A stretch of DNA of 64,000 bases from positions 10,285 through 74,284 of the forward strand of contig CAYFHS010000019.1 in NCBI GenBank assembly GCA_964342815.1, read 5' to 3'. The position numbers and the translations under genes are program-made. Within the stretch, counting starts at the first letter, position 1; each line of letters begins with the position of its first letter. Below, one piece after another: positions 42,391 to 52,871 of this stretch. This DNA comes from an uncultured archaeon (GTDB taxonomy: Archaea; Thermoplasmatota; Penumbrarchaeia; JASLWR01). Under the pieces are notes generated by a model. That model was not told the DNA's origin, did not search any database, and was given only the letters and a program-made list of their open reading frames with translations.

Positions 42391-45078
42391 CTATTTCCTC
42401 CTTCGTATTATTGTAAAGAGTATCGCCATCATTGAAAAGAAAAAAATAATTCCGATCGACCACCACCATACCGCGGTATTCCTCGAAATCTTTAGCTTCC
42501 CCCTGTCGGGGTCGTCCGGGAATAAATCATCTTCATTAGAAATATTGTCGCCGTCCCTATCGGGATCAAGCGAATCGGGTATACCGTCTCCGTCCGAGTC
42601 CCGCGGGACCGAGAGCTTGTTCCGGGGATCCGTACCCACTTGAGTTTCGATGGTGTTCTTCCATCCGTCCCCGTCGATATCACTATCCATATAATCAAGA
42701 ATCCCATCATCATCTATATCTGTATAATACACAATAATCGCTAGGGTTGTATAATTCGTGGAGTTGTCATCATCCATAATGGAGAGATTTACATAATATA
42801 CTCCGGCATTTGGATAGGCATGCATCGGGTTTATTGCATAGCTAAAGGAATCGTCTCCAAAATTCCACGAATAATTTAGAACCTCGCCGTCCATATCATA
42901 AGAGTTTGAACTAAATTGTATTATCTCGTTTTCATATACTGCAAGATTATTGGCAGTGACATTGACTATCGGCGGTCGATTGAGTACCGTTATCAGCATT
43001 TTTGAATAAACCTTCGAGCCATCATCATCTTCAATTTTTAGATGTACCGTATAAACGCCATTATCGGAGTAGCTATGTACCGGATTTGGTGATGTGCTGA
43101 TATTTTCATCTCCGAAGTCCCAACTATATGTCATAGTTCCATCAAAGTCATTTGCATTTGCTTTAAATTCTATTGGAACATATGTGTAAACGATAATTTC
43201 ATTTGCCGTAGGCGAGACAGTAGGTGGTCGATTAAGTACAGTTATCGCTTGCGTGATCCAATCACTTTCAATGAACAGGTCTCGTACCTTTAGCTTTGTT
43301 TCATAAACCCCATCATCGGAATAGTTATGATTTACAATAGAATTGTTGATCCAGCTAGTCGTATTTCCGTCACCAAAGTCAAAATAATACTGTATCGGGC
43401 CATTATCAGTTGAGTTAGATGCGTTGAAATTAACTTTTTCCAGGGTATGTACTATTTGAGGATAGACCGTAAAAAGAGGAGTTGGGATTGCATTGACATT
43501 GATATTTAATACGAATACATTATTATCTTCATCGCTTTCATTAATATTGTTATCGCGATCCACCATAATTTCTAATTTATGTTCTCCTGCTACGGCTACC
43601 CATTGAAATGATATAAATTGTGAAGTATTTACATGCAGAAAATTTACCGTTGTCCTGTTGATGGTTTTATTATCCACTGCGAACTCAACCGGAATTTCCA
43701 TAGCATCCAAGCGGCCCAAATTCCGTACTGTTGTATTTATATACACTAGCTCATTCTCGGTTACATTATTGGGTGAGTGTGAGATACGATCAGGTTTAAG
43801 GTCCGGTTTGCGTGTCCGAACACCAAAGACATAAAGATGTTCTTTACCACCAATAATAACTTCTTTTCGAGAATCATCATCAACATTCCCGGTGGCTACA
43901 ACAGGGGTAAGATATGGATATTCGCCATAAAAAACGTCCAAGTCATATTCCCACAATATTTCAAAATTCGTTGCGTCAAAAATGTATATCTTCTCATTAC
44001 CGCTGCCATTGGTAATATTGCTTACAGTCCCAACGATAATTTCATTTTTAGTGTCATTATCCAGATCATCAACAACTAAATGGCCAGTGTGATATAAATT
44101 ATCACTTCGCCGTTCCAGGTCATGTGTCGACCCGTTTAACAGATAAATATATCCTCGTTGAGGGTAAACATCTACAACACTGATCAATATCCCGCCCGAA
44201 ATGGTCATACCCATACATCGGTCCCCGTAGAAATCTCCAGCCATATACAAAGGGTAGATCCATTCGGGTTCATGGCTTATACCATCAAAGACATATAAGG
44301 ATACACCGCAACCACTTGTTGCTGCAATAATCTCGCAAACACCATCGTTATCCACATCGGCAATCTCTATTTTTGCTGCGATCAGACCAAAACCACAAGG
44401 ATCAGTTCCCATACCCTCAAGATGTACTTCCTCTAAACTGGGACTCTTCCATTCGAGAGTGTGGTTAATAGCGTCGAATATATAGATATAACCCTCCTGA
44501 TCAGAGTATTCCCCATGCCCGGTAGCCAGGATGAGTTCTTTTGCACCGTCAGAATCAACATCGCCTACAGCAATATCATAAATGGGATCCAAGGATCCAT
44601 TTACGTTGTTACTATCGATCACCCATTTTTCCGTATAGCCAGTACCATTATACTCAAAACCACGTATCCAACCCGACCAATAGTAGACACCATAAATAAT
44701 AATTTCCGGAGTTCCATTGTCGTTTATGTCTTCTACTAAAATACCGCGACATTGCCGGTTACGTTGAGAGATGTACTTCCATTTCACACTACCGTTTATA
44801 CCATCCCAAACATAGATATATGAAACATCCTCTCGACGATTAAAGTCACCTGTAACTATGTCATTTATACCATCCTGATCTACATCGCCCAATGCTAAAT
44901 AACTAACATTTATCTTTTTCTGCCATTTCAATGCCGCATATTCCTCTAGGGCGCGTACCCGGTTTAACTCATAAGGTATTTCATCATTATCATCCGATCT
45001 TACGGTTTTAAAAGCAAACAGTTGGAGTAATATAATTAGGAGGCATAGGAATACTTTTCTGTTAGTTCCCATATTCAT
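42391..45078 (-). CDS. surface protein: FG-GAP/VCBS beta-propeller, CARDB, 3 PKD domains, TSP3-like Ca-binding module, C-terminal TM
   Basis: The signal peptide is VFLCLLIILLQLFAFKTVRS. FG-GAP Ca-loops are GDVDQDGINDIVTGDF, VGDVDSDGAKELILAT, IADVDNDGVCEIIAAT, VDDLDNDTKNEIIVGT and GNVDDDSRKEVIIGG. The CARDB region is KPDLKPDRI...VRNLGRLDA...ESDEDNN. The PKD pattern is FDFGDGNT.../WDFGDENI.../WNFGDDSF. The protein ends in a TM segment followed by RRRK. Confidence 0.9.
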   Translation of the reverse strand: MNMGTNRKVFLCLLIILLQLFAFKTVRSDDNDEIPYELNRVRALEEYAALKWQKKINVSYLALGDVDQDGINDIVTGDFNRREDVSYIYVWDGINGSVKWKYISQRNRQCRGILVEDINDNGTPEIIIYGVYYWSGWIRGFEYNGTGYTEKWVIDSNNVNGSLDPIYDIAVGDVDSDGAKELILATGHGEYSDQEGYIYIFDAINHTLEWKSPSLEEVHLEGMGTDPCGFGLIAAKIEIADVDNDGVCEIIAATSGCGVSLYVFDGISHEPEWIYPLYMAGDFYGDRCMGMTISGGILISVVDVYPQRGYIYLLNGSTHDLERRSDNLYHTGHLVVDDLDNDTKNEIIVGTVSNITNGSGNEKIYIFDATNFEILWEYDLDVFYGEYPYLTPVVATGNVDDDSRKEVIIGGKEHLYVFGVRTRKPDLKPDRISHSPNNVTENELVYINTTVRNLGRLDAMEIPVEFAVDNKTINRTTVNFLHVNTSQFISFQWVAVAGEHKLEIMVDRDNNINESDEDNNVFVLNINVNAIPTPLFTVYPQIVHTLEKVNFNASNSTDNGPIQYYFDFGDGNTTSWINNSIVNHNYSDDGVYETKLKVRDLFIESDWITQAITVLNRPPTVSPTANEIIVYTYVPIEFKANANDFDGTMTYSWDFGDENISTSPNPVHSYSDNGVYTVHLKIEDDDGSKVYSKMLITVLNRPPIVNVTANNLAVYENEIIQFSSNSYDMDGEVLNYSWNFGDDSFSYAINPMHAYPNAGVYYVNLSIMDDDNSTNYTTLAIIVYYTDIDDDGILDYMDSDIDGDGWKNTIETQVGTDPRNKLSVPRDSDGDGIPDSLDPDRDGDNISNEDDLFPDDPDRGKLKISRNTAVWWWSIGIIFFFSMMAILFTIIRRRK

Positions 45079-45156
45079 TTCTTTTACTCCTTTTATCCAT
45101 ATCGAATTATACTTCAGTTATATTGTAATAAGATTTTGTTCTTTCTCTAGTACCGT

Positions 45157-48100
45157 TTATTCCTCTCTTCCAACCCTCCCGAGTTCTTCCTCCACACAAT
45201 CCAAATTATCCTCCTCACCTATCCTCTCTCTCCTTTTCGTAACCAACACAACTCCCAAAACTATCCCAAGCACCAATACCAAAATCCCAACTCCCACGAG
45301 CCACCACATCCCGCTATTTCCTCCTTTCATATTTTCCGATCCTTCCCACCGCTCCCTGTCATCCGGATAAGCGTCGTCCACGTTCGCCACTCCATCTCCG
45401 TCCCTATCGGGATCAAGCGAATCGGGTATGCCATCAGCGTCCGAGTCCCGCGGGACCGAAAGATTACTCAGAGGATTCGTGCCCACTTGCGATTCGACGG
45501 AATTATTCCAGCCGTCGCCGTCCCAATCTATGGGTGTGGAGAGTGGGTCGTAGGGATCACTGCCCTGTTCAAGTTCATAAGTGTCGTTGTAGGTGTCGTT
45601 GTCGGAATCAGCATCAGGAAATGGATTAATTTCACTTTCAACCATAATAACAATAGAATCCGTTACGGTAATGCCGTTATCCACAATAATCGACAAAGTT
45701 ACAGTATAGTTTCCAGGACTTACAAATACATGGATAGGATTCGACTCAAGGCTCGTATTCCCATCTCCAAAATTCCAGAAATACTGGACATCCATATTTC
45801 CGTTAGTATTGTTCAGTATGCCTTCGAAGGAAACGTTCAATGGGCTAACACCATGCGTTGGATTTGCTATAATTTCTACAATTGGTGTATTATTGGGAGA
45901 TTCCCTTGCTACGGATATCGCCATCTCGGCCTTACCAAAATCTCCATCGTCATCGGTAATGTTCAACGATACAAAATATGTTCCTGGTACTGAATAAACA
46001 TGTGATGGATTTTGCTGGTGACTCGTATTTCCATCTCCAAAGGACCAATTCCAGGAGACAATTGTACCGTCCGGATCAATGGACCCTGTGCTGTTGAACT
46101 CGACTATCTCGTCAATATCCGGGTGAATTGGTGTGAAAGAAATATTAATGATTGGAGGAACATTCAGAACCGCTATTGATTTTGTTGTATTATTTCCCCA
46201 TCCCTCATTATCACGTACCGCTAGGGTCACATTATATTCTCCGTCATCATTGAATAAATGCACCGGGTTCTGATCATAGGATATATTTTCGTCCCCAAAA
46301 TTCCAGGTCCAATTTACAATAGAATTTGTATCATTTGCATCGGGGTCTACGGAAGTATCTAAAAATTGAATTTCATCCATATCGGTAGGATCTATCGGTA
46401 GGTATGAAAAATCAGCCATAGGAGTGACATTTACCACTTCAATCTCTCTTGTTAACTTGACAGATAAACCATCATTATCCGTGACCACCAGTTGTACTGC
46501 GTAAATGCCTTCATCAGAATACTGATGGATCGGATTTTGAAAAGCGGAGGTATTTCCATCCCCGAAATTCCAGAACCATGATTCTATGGATCCATCAAAA
46601 TCTGACGAAGTATCGCTGAATCTCACATTTTTCATGGCAATTAGTATGTGGGGATCATAAGAAAAGTTGATGGCGGGCGGAATTAGCGGCCAGACTACAT
46701 GGATATCAACGGGGATCATTAATGGATACTCATCTCTGTTATATCGACCGTCACTAATATTATACGGCGTATCTCCTATACCATCACTTTCCGGTTCATC
46801 TTGATTCACACCGGAGAATGTGTCATTACCGGAATAATTACTCCAGTAATTACCTCCCGATGGATAAGTATCATTCCAGTAATTCTTGCCACCAAAGTCG
46901 CCTGCCTGCCCATTCTCATCCAAATTGCCGATTATATTATTGTGATGTATGATATTGTTTTCACCACCGCCAATGCATCTCTCCAATAAAATTGCCAAGC
47001 CATCATTCCGGGATATATTATTGTATTTAATAAGATTATCAGAAGAAGTGATCATATAGATCCCACGTCCATTATATGAGATATTATTATATAAAACAAC
47101 ATTTTCACTATGATGAGCACCGCCGAGATGGGTGAAGTGTATACCATCGTATGTATTAAAAATAATTGAATTATACTGAATTATGTTGTTATCACTATTT
47201 TCTTTACCATCCATTTGACTGCCAAATATAATGCCAAATCGGTTCTTTATAATTGTATTGTTTTCAATACAGCCGTTTGTTACATTAATGAAGACTATGC
47301 CATCACTGACATTATTTCCACTATGGATGCAGCAGTTTTTAATTACAAAATATTTGCTAACGTTTCGAATTTCAATTCCCGCTTGGTTGGATGCATTAAT
47401 AACCCAATCCTTAATTATGTAGGGATCATTCGGTGTACCTCTGCCTGAGCTAACGCCATTTTCCAATGTGAAATTTTCATGGCCGACGATCCTTATCGGC
47501 TCATGGGCCCAATATATAGGGACATTGATTTGAGCATCGTTTTCAGGTACATTTGGGTCGGTACCTTTAACATATTCTTCAAGATTGGTCTCTCCATCGT
47601 TGTCGGGGTCTTCATTTGCATCGCTGGAATCATTGGGATTCAATCCATGGTCGATTTCCCAATTATTAGGCATCCCGTCCCAATCCAGGTCCTCTGGAAG
47701 AAATGGCTCAATTCGTTCACTCCAATTCGTATCACAATAATCTATTGAATCAGAAGGATTGATCAGCGGATAATAATCGACATCATGCCAAGGGAGGTTT
47801 GTATCACCGATGCCATCTTCGTTTTCATCAGTTCCATTGTAATCAGACCAATGGTTACCATGCCCTGCTGTATCATTCCATGTGTTAGACGATTGTGGCC
47901 ATCCGATCTTTTTATTATAAGTACAGTTAATAAAGTTATTAAAAAAAGCTTTATTACCCGCAGATTGTATTATTAACGGATCAGTATTGTTAATGAAATT
48001 ACATTCAATGACAGAATTGTTCCTCGGACCAGGGATGCAATCCAAATCAGGGTCTTCATCCATTACGATCCCCTTACAAGAATAGAAGTTACATCTATAA

Positions 48101-48591
48101 AATAAAATATTCGACGTACCTCGAAAAAGAAAATTCATATTAAAGAAGTCACAATAGTTATAATTTAAAGTCCCAGGTGAGATATTTCCGCTTAGGTCCT
48201 TACTATAAGAAAAAAGAAAAATTCTATTGCTTTGCGTTCCATTTAGTACTATTGAGTCCGGCCGTCCGAATCCAAGGCTCGAATGAGGATAAAAAATTAT
48301 TACTGTTCCCGGTTCAATCGTTAGAGTAGAATTGTTTTTTATTCCGATAAAATCAATAATGTAATATGGACTATTTTCCTTTGTCCAGGTCGTGTTTTCG
48401 ATTATTTTTTCAAAAACAATCGTTCCCGGATCACCACGGGGGACCATGGATTCTGTGTTGGGAATCGGTTTGAAAAAGGATGGGTCATTTTCCGATTTTT
48501 TCGTTATATCAAAGGTTGAAATGAGATTGAATACCAGAATGACAGTTATGAGTATGTTTAGACCGTGTCTCTGCATTTCGCCTCTTGTCAT
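45157..48591 (-). CDS. surface protein: two right-handed beta-helix (NosD/PbH1-like) regions, 5 PKD domains, TSP3-like Ca-binding module, TM
   Basis: PbH1-like periodicity is seen (NCCIHSGNNVSDGIVFINVTNGCIENNTIIKNRFGIIFG...YNNISYNGRGIYM...YNNISRNDGLAIL). Five W(N/S)FGDGNTS PKD cores are present. DSDADGIPDSLDPDRDGDGVANVDDAYPDD is followed by the TM segment WWLVGVGILVLVLGIVLGVVLV. Confidence 0.9.
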   Translation of the reverse strand: MTRGEMQRHGLNILITVILVFNLISTFDITKKSENDPSFFKPIPNTESMVPRGDPGTIVFEKIIENTTWTKENSPYYIIDFIGIKNNSTLTIEPGTVIIFYPHSSLGFGRPDSIVLNGTQSNRIFLFSYSKDLSGNISPGTLNYNYCDFFNMNFLFRGTSNILFYRCNFYSCKGIVMDEDPDLDCIPGPRNNSVIECNFINNTDPLIIQSAGNKAFFNNFINCTYNKKIGWPQSSNTWNDTAGHGNHWSDYNGTDENEDGIGDTNLPWHDVDYYPLINPSDSIDYCDTNWSERIEPFLPEDLDWDGMPNNWEIDHGLNPNDSSDANEDPDNDGETNLEEYVKGTDPNVPENDAQINVPIYWAHEPIRIVGHENFTLENGVSSGRGTPNDPYIIKDWVINASNQAGIEIRNVSKYFVIKNCCIHSGNNVSDGIVFINVTNGCIENNTIIKNRFGIIFGSQMDGKENSDNNIIQYNSIIFNTYDGIHFTHLGGAHHSENVVLYNNISYNGRGIYMITSSDNLIKYNNISRNDGLAILLERCIGGGENNIIHHNNIIGNLDENGQAGDFGGKNYWNDTYPSGGNYWSNYSGNDTFSGVNQDEPESDGIGDTPYNISDGRYNRDEYPLMIPVDIHVVWPLIPPAINFSYDPHILIAMKNVRFSDTSSDFDGSIESWFWNFGDGNTSAFQNPIHQYSDEGIYAVQLVVTDNDGLSVKLTREIEVVNVTPMADFSYLPIDPTDMDEIQFLDTSVDPDANDTNSIVNWTWNFGDENISYDQNPVHLFNDDGEYNVTLAVRDNEGWGNNTTKSIAVLNVPPIINISFTPIHPDIDEIVEFNSTGSIDPDGTIVSWNWSFGDGNTSHQQNPSHVYSVPGTYFVSLNITDDDGDFGKAEMAISVARESPNNTPIVEIIANPTHGVSPLNVSFEGILNNTNGNMDVQYFWNFGDGNTSLESNPIHVFVSPGNYTVTLSIIVDNGITVTDSIVIMVESEINPFPDADSDNDTYNDTYELEQGSDPYDPLSTPIDWDGDGWNNSVESQVGTNPLSNLSVPRDSDADGIPDSLDPDRDGDGVANVDDAYPDDRERWEGSENMKGGNSGMWWLVGVGILVLVLGIVLGVVLVTKRRERIGEEDNLDCVEEELGRVGREE

Positions 48592-48856
48592 ATATTCATC
48601 TATTGTCCTGGTATTATATAAGATTTGTAGAACAAAGTTCGAACCCCCCTAGAACAATTTTCGAACAAAAACAAATTCTTTTCCATGTTGGTCATCCCGA
48701 TCGTCTATGACAGTATAAAAAAAAACCATGAATACTGCTCGGTCCACACCGACCGTGGGAGCAAGCTCCCCACTATGTTTTTCACTTTTATATTATTATA
48801 TCGGCCCGCCGTTTGCTGGAGCTCGGCGGCCCTCTTTATGAAGAGAACCCAACAAA

Positions 48857-49495
48857 CTATGGAATAAAATCGAATAGCTCGGGCCCGATCATAACGGAGA
48901 TCATATACTTGTTGTCATAAATATGGAAATCCTTCATTTGTACGTTCTTCATCTTCGCTATCTCGAATGAGAATTTATTCATTTCCGGTATCGAACTGAA
49001 ACTGAACATCAGTTTTTGTTCCGAGAGGACCTTGTCCCGCAGATCGTTAACGAGCTTCAGCGCGGCTTTGACCTCGTCAATGGTGGTAACTTTCTCCGAT
49101 TCCCGCTGGTCCTTCCGCTTCAATGCCTCGGAAACCGTCAGCATCAGCTCGTCGTTATCCCAGGGTTTGCCTATGTAACTGTATACGTGGGCCTTGTTAA
49201 TAGCTTCCTTTGCTATGTCTATGTCTGAAAAACCAGTAACTAGTATTCTTATTGTGCTGGGCCAGATCTCCTTTGCTCTTCCCAGAAGTTCCACGCCGGT
49301 CATTCCCGGCATCTTGTAATCAGCGAGAATAAGGTCATATTCCTTTTCCACCAGCTTTCCGAGAGCTTCATTTCCATTGGATGATGTGGTAACCTCACAT
49401 TTAAAATCATCAGAAAATTCCAGAATCTTCGATAGAGAGTCCAAAATATTCTCCTCGTCGTCCACTACCATTATACGATAGGTTTTCTTGGCCAC
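48857..49495 (-). CDS. response regulator: receiver domain plus an uncharacterised C-terminal domain of about 90 aa
   Basis: The REC domain is YRIMVVDDEENILDSL...DLILADYKMPGMTGVELL...ILVTGFSD...KPW. I did not recognise the C-terminal part. Confidence 0.85.
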   Translation of the reverse strand: MAKKTYRIMVVDDEENILDSLSKILEFSDDFKCEVTTSSNGNEALGKLVEKEYDLILADYKMPGMTGVELLGRAKEIWPSTIRILVTGFSDIDIAKEAINKAHVYSYIGKPWDNDELMLTVSEALKRKDQRESEKVTTIDEVKAALKLVNDLRDKVLSEQKLMFSFSSIPEMNKFSFEIAKMKNVQMKDFHIYDNKYMISVMIGPELFDFIP

Positions 49496-49532
49496 TTGAT
49501 CCGCTCCTAGGTCGCTTATCTACTATAGTTAT

Positions 49533-50702
49533 TCAGGACGTTATTGGAACTTTAATCGTCATTGATGTCCCCTTCCCTGCCTTGCTTTCCACCTGAATGT
49601 CGCCGTCATGGTCCTTTATTGTCCGATAGCTTATACTGAGTCCGAAACCGGTACCGCTGTCCTTGGTGGTGAAGAAGGGATCGAATATCTTGCTTATTAT
49701 ATCCTCGGGTATTCCCTTACCGTTATCTCGTATCTGGATATAAATATTTTGGCCATCACGCCAGGTTTTTATCCATATGTCTCCCTTTCCCATGGACTGG
49801 GAGGCATTGATGATCACGTTCATGAACACCTGGTTCAGTTGGCCAATGTTGCACTTGGTCTTGGGAATGTCGCCGTAATCGTCGTGTATCTCGATCCGGT
49901 GTTTCAACCGGTTGGTCAAGATTATAAGAGTGTCGGCAATCCCCTCGTTTATATCGGCAGATGCCTTTCCGCCCGTATCCGGTCTCGCAAATCTCTTCAA
50001 TGTTTGCGTTATCTTCGATATCCTGTTGATCCCCTCTATGTTAATCTTAATGTCCTTGTCGATCTGCTCCAGGATCTCCGTATCTATCTTCTTTCCGTCC
50101 CAGCGCCTTTTCAATACCGATATCTTCTTTTCTATGAACTGGGTGTTGGATTTGATGTATGCCAGAGGATTGTTCACCTCGTGTGCGACGCCTGCCACAA
50201 GCTGGCCAAGTGCCGCCATCTTTTCCGATTGAATAAGACCGTATGTCTGCTGCCTTACTTCCTCTTCCAGGTGTTCGGTGTATTTGATAATTTTTTCTTC
50301 CATCTGTTTGCGCTCGATTGCATATCGTATGGACCGCACCAGAAAATAGCTGTTGACCTTTCCCTTGATGAGATAGTCCTGCGCTCCCACCTGTACGGCT
50401 CGTAGACCCAGCGATTCATCCTCGAAACCGGTCAGGACTACTATAGGTACGGTGGGTTCCCTTTCGTATATCCTTCCCACGGTCTCAAGACCTTGACTGT
50501 CCGGTAATGTGAGGTCCAGAAGTGTCACGTCGAACCAATTTTCCTTGAGTTTAAGGAGAGCTTCATCGAGACGCTCCACGTGAACCAGTCTGAACTGGGC
50601 CGCGGGTTTCGCATCCGCCAGCATTTCCCTGATCAATCGGGCGTCCCCGGGATTGTCTTCCACCAGCAGTATCCTGATCGCCCTCACCGTCATATAATTC
50701 AC
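49533..50702 (-). CDS. hybrid response regulator - histidine kinase (REC-HisKA-HATPase_c)
   Basis: The REC domain is [13 protein letters not shown]...[13 protein letters not shown]. The H-box is [12 protein letters not shown], the N-box is [11 protein letters not shown]1 is RDNGKGI and G2 is GTGFGLSI. The ATG overlaps the upstream stop (ATGA at 50699-50702). Confidence 0.9.
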   Translation of the reverse strand: MNYMTVRAIRILLVEDNPGDARLIREMLADAKPAAQFRLVHVERLDEALLKLKENWFDVTLLDLTLPDSQGLETVGRIYEREPTVPIVVLTGFEDESLGLRAVQVGAQDYLIKGKVNSYFLVRSIRYAIERKQMEEKIIKYTEHLEEEVRQQTYGLIQSEKMAALGQLVAGVAHEVNNPLAYIKSNTQFIEKKISVLKRRWDGKKIDTEILEQIDKDIKINIEGINRISKITQTLKRFARPDTGGKASADINEGIADTLIILTNRLKHRIEIHDDYGDIPKTKCNIGQLNQVFMNVIINASQSMGKGDIWIKTWRDGQNIYIQIRDNGKGIPEDIISKIFDPFFTTKDSGTGFGLSISYRTIKDHDGDIQVESKAGKGTSMTIKVPITS

Positions 50703-51145
50703 TCCTTTGGCAGTCGTACTATGGTCAGCCAGAACTCTTCAATGGACTTTACCACCTTGATGAACTGGTTCAGGTCCACAGGTTTTGTCACGTAACAATT
50801 GGCTCCAAGGCCGTAACTCTTCAAGATATCGATCTCCGCGTTCGAGGTAGTCAATACAACCACGGGTATACGCTTCAAATTATTATCACCCTTTATCTCG
50901 GCCAGAACCTGCCGCCCGTCCATTTTTGGCAGGTTCAGATCCAGCAAGATAAGGTCGGGACGAGGAGCTTTGTCATACTTGCCTTCACACCGGAGAAATG
51001 TCATTGCCTCTTCACCGTCTCTCACCACACAGAGATTGATCCGCATCTTTCCTTCTTCCAGCGCTTCGATGGTAAGACGCACGTCCCCGGGATTGTCTTC
51101 CACCAGCAGTATCTCGACTATCCTGCCGTAATCATCAACGTTCAT
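50699..51145 (-). CDS. single-domain response regulator (CheY/Rcp1-like)
   Basis: [18 protein letters not shown]...[18 protein letters not shown]...VVVLTTS...KPVD. The likely start MNVDDYG at 51145 overlaps the end of the kinase gene by 11 nt. The track start at 51199 is less likely. Confidence 0.85.
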   Translation of the reverse strand: MNVDDYGRIVEILLVEDNPGDVRLTIEALEEGKMRINLCVVRDGEEAMTFLRCEGKYDKAPRPDLILLDLNLPKMDGRQVLAEIKGDNNLKRIPVVVLTTSNAEIDILKSYGLGANCYVTKPVDLNQFIKVVKSIEEFWLTIVRLPKE

Positions 51146-52871
51146 ACTCGTTCGCCTCTTTCCTTTTAGGTATGGTGAAGTAGAAGGTGGAGCCCTCACC
51201 CGCTTTCGAAATCACCCATATGCGTCCACCGTGCCGTTCCACGATTTTCTTGCAGACCGCGAGGCCGATACCTGTTCCTGGATATTCCGCTTTTGTGTGT
51301 AGGCGTTGGAATACCTGAAATATCCTATCGGCGTGCTGGGTTTCGATCCCTATGCCATTGTCCCGGACGGTGAAACAGTACGCCTCTTCATTCTCCTTTA
51401 CCGAAATGTGTACGCTGGGACTCTCCTTCCCCCGGAACTTTATCGCGTTTCCAATGAGGTTCAGGAATAGCTGGGCAAGCTGGGTGTCATCGGCCATAAC
51501 AGTGGGCAACGTACCCCGGGTTACAACGGCACCGTTCTCCTTAATTGACATTTCCAGATCGCTCAAAGTTTGATCCACAACCTTTGAACAGTCAGTTGCT
51601 AAAAACGGCTTTTTACGCGTTCCTACCCGGGAGTATGTCAATAGGTCATTGATAAGCCTTTTCATTCTCGTAGCCCCGTCCACGGCGTAAGCTATGAATT
51701 CGAGGGCATTCTTGTCCAGTTTGTTCTTGTATCGACGCTCCAGCAACTGAACGTAACTGGCCACCATTCGCAGAGGTTCCTGAAGATCGTGAGATGCGAT
51801 ATAGGCAAACTGCTCTAACTCCTTATTAGACCGGCTCAACTCCTCGGTTCGCGCTTTGATCTCGTCCTCGAGGTGGCTCCGGTGCTCCATCAATTCTTCT
51901 TCGGCCCGCACCCGTTCACCTATCTCGAGTTGCAATTGGACATTGGCTTCCGTCAACTGGGCGGTACGCTCCTTCACCATATCCTTCAGTGCATCCCGAT
52001 ACATCTTCAGTTCCGCTTCAGCCTGCTCCCGCTCGTCGATCCCGCTTTGCATTTCCGCCTGAATTCGCTTTGATGCTTTATACGATATAAAAAGAATGAC
52101 TAAACCCGATATTATGAAAATTATGGATAGTATTTCTGGATAGCCGAAGTAATTATTTTTTTCCTTTTCAGGGAGGTCCATGGGAAGAGTGGGACAATCG
52201 AGCATGGTGAATATCTCTACCGCCGCGTAAGTGGAATACATATCCCTGCCGTACTGACCTGGACCCGCTTTCTGATCCATGATGAAGTGGAGAATGGGTA
52301 AGCGCTCCAGTGCCTTTGTTTGTCCGGAATTCTCAAAAAAACGCACCGCGGCATATGTACCGTGAAGCGAAACATTCCCATCAATTTCATGAATATATCC
52401 CGCAAAAGCACCTGTTCCCGAGCGCTGATATTTTTTTATTATATAATCTGTGATTTTTTCCAGTGACATTTTCCCCTCCACAAAATCCAATTTCTCGGTT
52501 TCGTTATTACCACCGAGCCACCACAGGGCATTAAAGGCATTATATGTTCCGTAGATCTCGGAGGCTTTTTCTCCAGGTTTGTCCGAGTATCCGCCATCAA
52601 CAGAAGAAAGACTGCTGTCGACGAAACTTGCCACGTTGATAATATAGCTTGACTCGAAGTTCTTACCCTGGTGCCCGTTTATTATTCCCAATGCATTTAT
52701 GGCTTTAGAGGTGCATTTCATGGTTGAAGTCATTCCATCTTCCGTGTATTCCTCATCCCAGAAACCCCCGTCGGGATTCCTGTGAGCATTGATGAAATTT
52801 TCGATGCGGGTCAGGTTCAGTTCCGGCTGGTCCAATCCACCAAGCATTTCAAGTGACTTCAATGCCTCCAA
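51135..52871 (-). CDS. sensor histidine kinase: extracytoplasmic alpha/alpha-repeat-like sensor part, TM, coiled coil, HisKA, HATPase_c; the N-terminus appears truncated
   Basis: The track start is TTG. The TM is [18 protein letters not shown]. The H-box is [16 protein letters not shown], the N-box is [10 protein letters not shown]1 is RDNGIGI and G2 is GTGIGLAVC. The ORF has no N-terminal TM or signal, although about 230 residues lie before the only TM. Confidence 0.85.
   Translation of the reverse strand: MEALKSLEMLGGLDQPELNLTRIENFINAHRNPDGGFWDEEYTEDGMTSTMKCTSKAINALGIINGHQGKNFESSYIINVASFVDSSLSSVDGGYSDKPGEKASEIYGTYNAFNALWWLGGNNETEKLDFVEGKMSLEKITDYIIKKYQRSGTGAFAGYIHEIDGNVSLHGTYAAVRFFENSGQTKALERLPILHFIMDQKAGPGQYGRDMYSTYAAVEIFTMLDCPTLPMDLPEKEKNNYFGYPEILSIIFIISGLVILFISYKASKRIQAEMQSGIDEREQAEAELKMYRDALKDMVKERTAQLTEANVQLQLEIGERVRAEEELMEHRSHLEDEIKARTEELSRSNKELEQFAYIASHDLQEPLRMVASYVQLLERRYKNKLDKNALEFIAYAVDGATRMKRLINDLLTYSRVGTRKKPFLATDCSKVVDQTLSDLEMSIKENGAVVTRGTLPTVMADDTQLAQLFLNLIGNAIKFRGKESPSVHISVKENEEAYCFTVRDNGIGIETQHADRIFQVFQRLHTKAEYPGTGIGLAVCKKIVERHGGRIWVISKAGEGSTFYFTIPKRKEANEYER

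Noticed and set aside
42245-42469. A 74-codon ORF bridging the end of the FG-GAP gene and the 188-nt spacer upstream of 40124..42202.
   Set aside because: It overlaps the 3' end of a well-supported CDS by 79 nt and has no recognisable features. The spacer more likely holds the promoter of the downstream gene, with an ATATATATAC TATA-like box near 42290-42300.
42391-42480. C-terminal TM plus basic tail (RRRK), considered as an archaeosortase (PGF-CTERM/PEF-CTERM-like) sorting signal.
   Set aside because: No PGF, PEF or VPXXXP-type tripeptide precedes the TM in any of the anchored proteins here. Several of them have long cytoplasmic tails or domains after the TM, which is incompatible with a cleaved sorting signal.
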